Positions 59,595 through 64,000 of a stretch of DNA of 64,000 nucleotides are shown here, one piece after another. The translations under genes and the position numbers were made by a program. Positions within the stretch are counted from its first letter, which is position 1; every line of letters begins with the position of its first letter. The notes under the pieces are model-generated. The model was not told where the DNA came from. It did not search any database and worked only from the letters and a program-made list of their open reading frames with translations. The stretch comes from an uncultured Pelagibacteraceae bacterium. GTDB taxonomy: Bacteria; Pseudomonadota; Alphaproteobacteria; Pelagibacterales; Pelagibacteraceae. The stretch is taken from contig CACPFY010000006.1 in assembly GCA_902633335.1 (NCBI GenBank), positions 4,857 through 68,856 on the forward strand, in the 5' to 3' direction.

Positions 59595-59640
59595 ACTAGT
59601 GCCGCAAGGCTTAAGAGTTCGAGTCTCTTCTTGCCCACCA
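59584..59640 (+). pseudogene. 3' half of host tRNA-Leu(UAG)
   Basis: Ends GTTCGAGTCTCTTCTTGCCCACCA; CTTGCCC pairs with GGGCAAG at 22903; no D arm upstream. Confidence 0.93.
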
Positions 59641-59647
59641 AATAATT

Positions 59648-61006
59648 ATGAAAGTACAAGTACAGTCAAAAAAAGGTTTGAAAACTACTTTGTCTATTAT
59701 TGTAGATAAAGTTGAGATTAAAAAAAAATTAGATGACAGATTGTTAGAATTACAAAACGAAATAGATCTTAAAGGTTTTAGAAAAGGAAAAGTTCCTCCA
59801 TTGGTGATAAAAAATCAATTTGGTAAAGCAATCTATGGTGATGTAATAGATAAAATTTTAAAAGAAAGCACTACAAAAGCAATCCAGGATAAAAAACTTA
59901 AGGTAGCCGGACAACCCAAAATTGACTTAAAAACATTTGGAGAAGGTAAGGATTTAAATTTTGAATTACAATTAGATTTACTTCCTGAAATTAAATTACA
60001 ATCATTTGAAAAATATAAAGTTTCAGATTACCAAGTAAAGGTTAGTAAAGATGTTTTAGATGAAAGATTGGAAAACATATCTAATGAGTATAAATCTTTT
60101 GAAGATAAAAATAACGACGCTAAATCAGAATTAGGTGACCAGGTTATATTTAATTATGAAGCTAAGGTTGACAACAAAGAATTTGAAGGCGGAAAAGGAA
60201 AAGATGTTTCAATTGAACTTGGTAAAGATTTATTTTTGCAAGGCTTTGATAAACAATTAATTGGTGTTAAAAAAAAGGAAAAGAAAAAAGTTATATCTAC
60301 TTTGCCTAAAAATCATCCAAAAAAAGAACTAGCTGACAAAAAAGCAATTTTTGAATGTGAGATCTTAAATATAAAGAGTCCAAAAAAAAATAAACTTAAT
60401 GATGAATTTGCAAAAAAATTAGGAGCTAAAGATTTATTGGACTTAACCGAAAAAGTAAAAACTCAAATTGCTGATCAGTATAATATGGCATTAAATTCAA
60501 TTACAAAAAAAGAAATATTAGATCAATTAGAAAAAAGCCATAAAGTTGATGTACCTCAAAATTTAATTGATAATGAGCTTAAATTAATACCAAAAAATTC
60601 AGAATTGAAGAATAAAGATAAAAATATTGAGTCTGCAAAAAAAAGAATTTCGCTGGGATTAATCCTAAATGAGTATGGTGAAGCAAATAAAATAAAAGTT
60701 ACAGAAGATGAAATAAAAAATGAAATTCAGAAGCAAGTGAAAAGTATGCCTGGCCAAGAAAAATTTGTTTTTGAATATTACCAAAAAAATCCATCAGCTA
60801 CTCAGCATCTGCAGAGTTCACTTTACGAAGAAAAAATAATCAAATTTATTAAATCAAAAATAAATTTGACTAAAAAAGAATTAACAATAAAAGAAGCTGA
60901 AAAATTGATTACTAGCTTTAATGAAGAAAATAAAGCAAAAGCAAGTCCCGACGATAAAAAGAAAGAAGCAAAACCTATAAAATCAAAAAAAATTAGCAAA
61001 AAGTAA
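59648..61006 (+). CDS. tig: Trigger factor
   Basis: GFRKGKVP ribosome-binding signature, FKBP domain. Confidence 0.96.
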   Translation: MKVQVQSKKGLKTTLSIIVDKVEIKKKLDDRLLELQNEIDLKGFRKGKVPPLVIKNQFGKAIYGDVIDKILKESTTKAIQDKKLKVAGQPKIDLKTFGEGKDLNFELQLDLLPEIKLQSFEKYKVSDYQVKVSKDVLDERLENISNEYKSFEDKNNDAKSELGDQVIFNYEAKVDNKEFEGGKGKDVSIELGKDLFLQGFDKQLIGVKKKEKKKVISTLPKNHPKKELADKKAIFECEILNIKSPKKNKLNDEFAKKLGAKDLLDLTEKVKTQIADQYNMALNSITKKEILDQLEKSHKVDVPQNLIDNELKLIPKNSELKNKDKNIESAKKRISLGLILNEYGEANKIKVTEDEIKNEIQKQVKSMPGQEKFVFEYYQKNPSATQHLQSSLYEEKIIKFIKSKINLTKKELTIKEAEKLITSFNEENKAKASPDDKKKEAKPIKSKKISKK

Positions 61007-61030
61007 TCAATAGTTGTATAAAACAAAGCT

Positions 61031-61642
61031 ATGAGTCGCAACTTAGAAGAAAAAATGAACAACTTAATTCCTATGGTTGTTGAGCAATCCAGCAAAGGTG
61101 AAAGAGCCTACGATATATACTCCAGATTATTAAAGGAAAGAATAGTTTTTCTTGTAGGACCAGTTAATGATAGTGTGGCGTCATTAGTTACTGCACAATT
61201 ATTATTTTTAGAGTCAGAAAATCCCAATAAAGAAATCAGTTTTTATATTAACAGCCCCGGTGGGCTAGTTACATCTGGTTTAGGTATTTACGACACTATG
61301 CAATATATAAATTCACCAGTTTCAACTTTGTGTATTGGTCAAGCTTCTTCAATGGGATCTTTTTTGTTATCTGCTGGTGAAAAAGGAAAAAGATATTCAC
61401 TACCTAATTCAAGAATAATGGTTCATCAACCCTCTGCTGGTTTCCAAGGTCAGGCAACTGATATTCAGATACACGCCAAAGAAATATTGTCATTAAAAAC
61501 TAGACTGAACACAATTTATTCAAAACACACAGGAAAATCAGTTGATGAAATTTCTAAAGCGCTAGAAAGAGATAATTTCATGACTCCAGAAGAAGCAAAA
61601 AAATTTGGTTTAATAGACTCTGTTGTGGAAAAGAGAAAATAA
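61031..61642 (+). CDS. clpP: ClpP protease subunit
   Basis: [25 protein letters not shown]. Confidence 0.98.
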   Translation: MSRNLEEKMNNLIPMVVEQSSKGERAYDIYSRLLKERIVFLVGPVNDSVASLVTAQLLFLESENPNKEISFYINSPGGLVTSGLGIYDTMQYINSPVSTLCIGQASSMGSFLLSAGEKGKRYSLPNSRIMVHQPSAGFQGQATDIQIHAKEILSLKTRLNTIYSKHTGKSVDEISKALERDNFMTPEEAKKFGLIDSVVEKRK

Positions 61643-61721
61643 CACACAATATATAGGTCAAATTTCAACTTGGACTTGATTAGAATTTATTTCAACTTTA
61701 TTATTAAGTTATTGATTCGTT

Positions 61722-62975
61722 ATGAGTGATAAAAATAATAAAAATATATTATATTGTTCCTTTTGCGGTAAAAGCCAACACGAAGTTAGAAAACTAATCG
61801 CAGGTCCTACTGTGTTTATATGCGATGAGTGCGTTGAGCTATGCATGGATATAATCAAAGAGGAAAATAAAAGCTCCCTTATAAAACATCAAGATGGAGT
61901 TCCAACCCCTAAAGAGATTTGCGGTGTTTTAGATGATTATGTAATAGGTCAGAAGAAAGCTAAAGAGGTCTTATCTGTAGCAGTACATAATCATTATAAA
62001 AGACTAAATCATGAAGTTAAATCAAATAAGGATGTAGAATTATCTAAATCAAATATTTTATTAGTTGGTCCTACTGGTTGCGGAAAAACATTACTTGCAC
62101 AAACTTTAGCAAAAATTTTAGATGTACCTTTTACAATGGCTGACGCCACCACTCTTACTGAAGCAGGTTATGTTGGAGAAGATGTTGAAAATATTATTTT
62201 AAAACTTTTACAAGCTGCAGATTACAATGTTGAAAAGGCACAAAGAGGAATAGTGTATATTGATGAAGTAGATAAAATTAGTAGAAAATCTGAAAACCCA
62301 TCAATAACAAGAGATGTCTCTGGAGAAGGTGTTCAACAAGCTTTATTGAAAATTATGGAAGGAACTATAGCGAGCGTTCCTCCTCAAGGCGGCAGAAAAC
62401 ATCCTCAACAAGAATTTTTACAAGTAGACACTACAAATATTTTATTTATTTGCGGTGGGGCTTTCGCAGGTTTGGATAAGATTATCGATAGCAGAGGAAA
62501 AGGTAGTTCAATAGGCTTTGGAGCTAAGGTTAAAAGTTATAAAGAACTTCCTTTATCAGAGCTGATGAATTCTTTAGAACCAGAGGATTTAATTAAATAC
62601 GGATTAATACCTGAATTTATCGGTAGGATGCCAATAATAGCAACTTTGGATGAGTTAAATGAGTCTTCTTTAATAAAAATACTTAAAGAACCTAAGAACT
62701 CACTGATAAAACAATACAAAAGACTTTTTGAATTTGAAAATGTTGAGTTAAATTTTCAAGATGAAGCTATCCTAGAAATAGCAAAAAAAGCTATTAAAAA
62801 GAAAACTGGAGCTAGAGGACTAAGGTCTATATTGGAGAACATATTGCTTAAAACCATGTTTGAACTACCTGATAAAGACGATGTTTTAAAAGTAACTATT
62901 GATAAATCTTCAGCAAAAGGGGACAGTGACCCAATTATCACTTACGGAAAAAAACAATCAACATCTGTTGCATAA
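61722..62975 (+). CDS. clpX: ClpX ATPase
   Basis: CSFC/CDEC zinc finger, [15 protein letters not shown] loop. Confidence 0.98.
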   Translation: MSDKNNKNILYCSFCGKSQHEVRKLIAGPTVFICDECVELCMDIIKEENKSSLIKHQDGVPTPKEICGVLDDYVIGQKKAKEVLSVAVHNHYKRLNHEVKSNKDVELSKSNILLVGPTGCGKTLLAQTLAKILDVPFTMADATTLTEAGYVGEDVENIILKLLQAADYNVEKAQRGIVYIDEVDKISRKSENPSITRDVSGEGVQQALLKIMEGTIASVPPQGGRKHPQQEFLQVDTTNILFICGGAFAGLDKIIDSRGKGSSIGFGAKVKSYKELPLSELMNSLEPEDLIKYGLIPEFIGRMPIIATLDELNESSLIKILKEPKNSLIKQYKRLFEFENVELNFQDEAILEIAKKAIKKKTGARGLRSILENILLKTMFELPDKDDVLKVTIDKSSAKGDSDPIITYGKKQSTSVA

Positions 62976-63023
62976 GCTAATTTGATCCTTGAAATATTAG
63001 TAAAGATTATCATATAAAGTTAT

Positions 63024-64000
63024 ATGGATGTTACATATACAAAACCACTATTACCTTTAAGAGACATTGTTATTTTTCCATCAATTGTTGTTCCATTGTT
63101 TGTTGGGAGAGAAAAGTCAATAAAAGCTCTTCAAGAAGCAATGAAAACAGATAAATCAATTATTCTGGTTGCTCAAAAGAATTCAGAAACTGATGACCCA
63201 ATAGATAAAGATCTATACTCTTACGGATGTCTCAGCAAAGTTCTTCAACTTTTAAAGTTACCTGACGGTACTGTAAAAGTTCTTGTAGAGGGGCAAAAGA
63301 GGGTAAAGATTATTAATATTAAAAATGAGACAAGTTTTCTTAAATGTGATGTTGAAATAGCAGATGATATTAATACAACAAAAGACCTGGATGTTTATGC
63401 ACAAAGTCTTGTTAAAAAATTTGAAAAATTAATTGTTTTAAACAAAAAAGATTTTAATGAAAATTTAAATATTATCAAAAATTCAAAAGATGCAAAAATA
63501 ATAGCTGACAATATTGCAGCAAACTTAAATATTAAAATTTTTCAGAAACAAGAAATACTTGAAATTAGAGATTTAAGAAAAAGGCTAGAAAAAATTTATG
63601 AGATAGTAAATAAAGAAACAAGTGTAATCTCTGTAGAGAAGAAGATAAGAGGAAGAGTAAAAAATCAAATGGAGAAAACGCAAAGAGAATATTATTTAAA
63701 TGAACAATTAAAAGCTATTCAAAAAGAACTTGGGGAAATTGATGAAGGCAAAGATGAGATTGCTAATATCTCAAGAGCTATAACAAAAGCTAAAATGCCT
63801 AAAATTGCGCAAGAAAAATGTTTTTCAGAATTAAAAAAGTTAAAATCTATGAGTCCTATGTCGGCAGAAGCAACCGTAGTAAGAAACTATCTTGATTGGA
63901 TGACAGAACTTCCATGGTCTGAAAAAACAAAAATAAATACCGATTTAAGTTCAGCACAAAAAATTCTTGATGAAGACCATTACGGATTAGAAAAAGTTAA
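63024..64000 (+). CDS. lon: Lon protease (partial, runs off window end)
   Basis: ATG 63024 reads MDVTYTKPLLPLRDIVIFP; later MSPMSAEATVVRNYLDW and DEDHYGLEKV. Confidence 0.95.
   Translation, partial: MDVTYTKPLLPLRDIVIFPSIVVPLFVGREKSIKALQEAMKTDKSIILVAQKNSETDDPIDKDLYSYGCLSKVLQLLKLPDGTVKVLVEGQKRVKIINIKNETSFLKCDVEIADDINTTKDLDVYAQSLVKKFEKLIVLNKKDFNENLNIIKNSKDAKIIADNIAANLNIKIFQKQEILEIRDLRKRLEKIYEIVNKETSVISVEKKIRGRVKNQMEKTQREYYLNEQLKAIQKELGEIDEGKDEIANISRAITKAKMPKIAQEKCFSELKKLKSMSPMSAEATVVRNYLDWMTELPWSEKTKINTDLSSAQKILDEDHYGLEKV

Noticed and set aside
59302-59599. ORFs 59302-59484 (-) and 59366-59599 (+)
   Set aside because: Overlap the phage tRNA; typical tRNA shadow translations
383-62941. Short opposite-strand or alternate-frame ORFs in the track (e.g. 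823, 4641, 20546, 30094, 32705, 43638, 44985, 55187, 58010, 60823)
   Set aside because: They lie inside well-supported genes, lack SDs and motifs, and look like shadow ORFs

Overview
AT-rich alphaproteobacterial chromosome segment. Gene content, compactness and gene order point to SAR11/Pelagibacterales. Housekeeping genes (accC-accB-aroQ, thiSG, rne, mrcA, prfB, tyrS, anmK, iscR-suf, glnA on the left; tig-clpP-clpX-lon on the right) flank an apparently complete T7-like (Autographiviridae, pelagiphage-type) prophage of 36,653 bp. It is integrated in the anticodon arm of host tRNA-Leu(UAG) via an 11-bp core TAGTCTTAGGA (attL 22931-22941, attR 59584-59594). Integration splits the host tRNA without rebuilding it; the phage instead carries a separate, recoded tRNA-Leu(UAG). 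The most notable observations are: (1) the RNA polymerase is split into two overlapping genes; (2) I found no Ala-Ala dipeptide in any phage protein, consistent with GCNGC avoidance, and GATC/CATG/GATGC also appear avoided; (3) a G-U-containing hairpin and an 88-codon open frame exist only across the excised attP; (4) a predicted zero-linker four-way-junction RNA with a possible pseudoknot lies in the early region; (5) a repeated TTTGCACTTGTGCAAA operator-like palindrome and candidate phage promoters; (6) a run of unannotated Lys/Arg-rich microproteins lies between scaffold and capsid. All motif and structure calls were made by eye; no database searches or folding programs were run.
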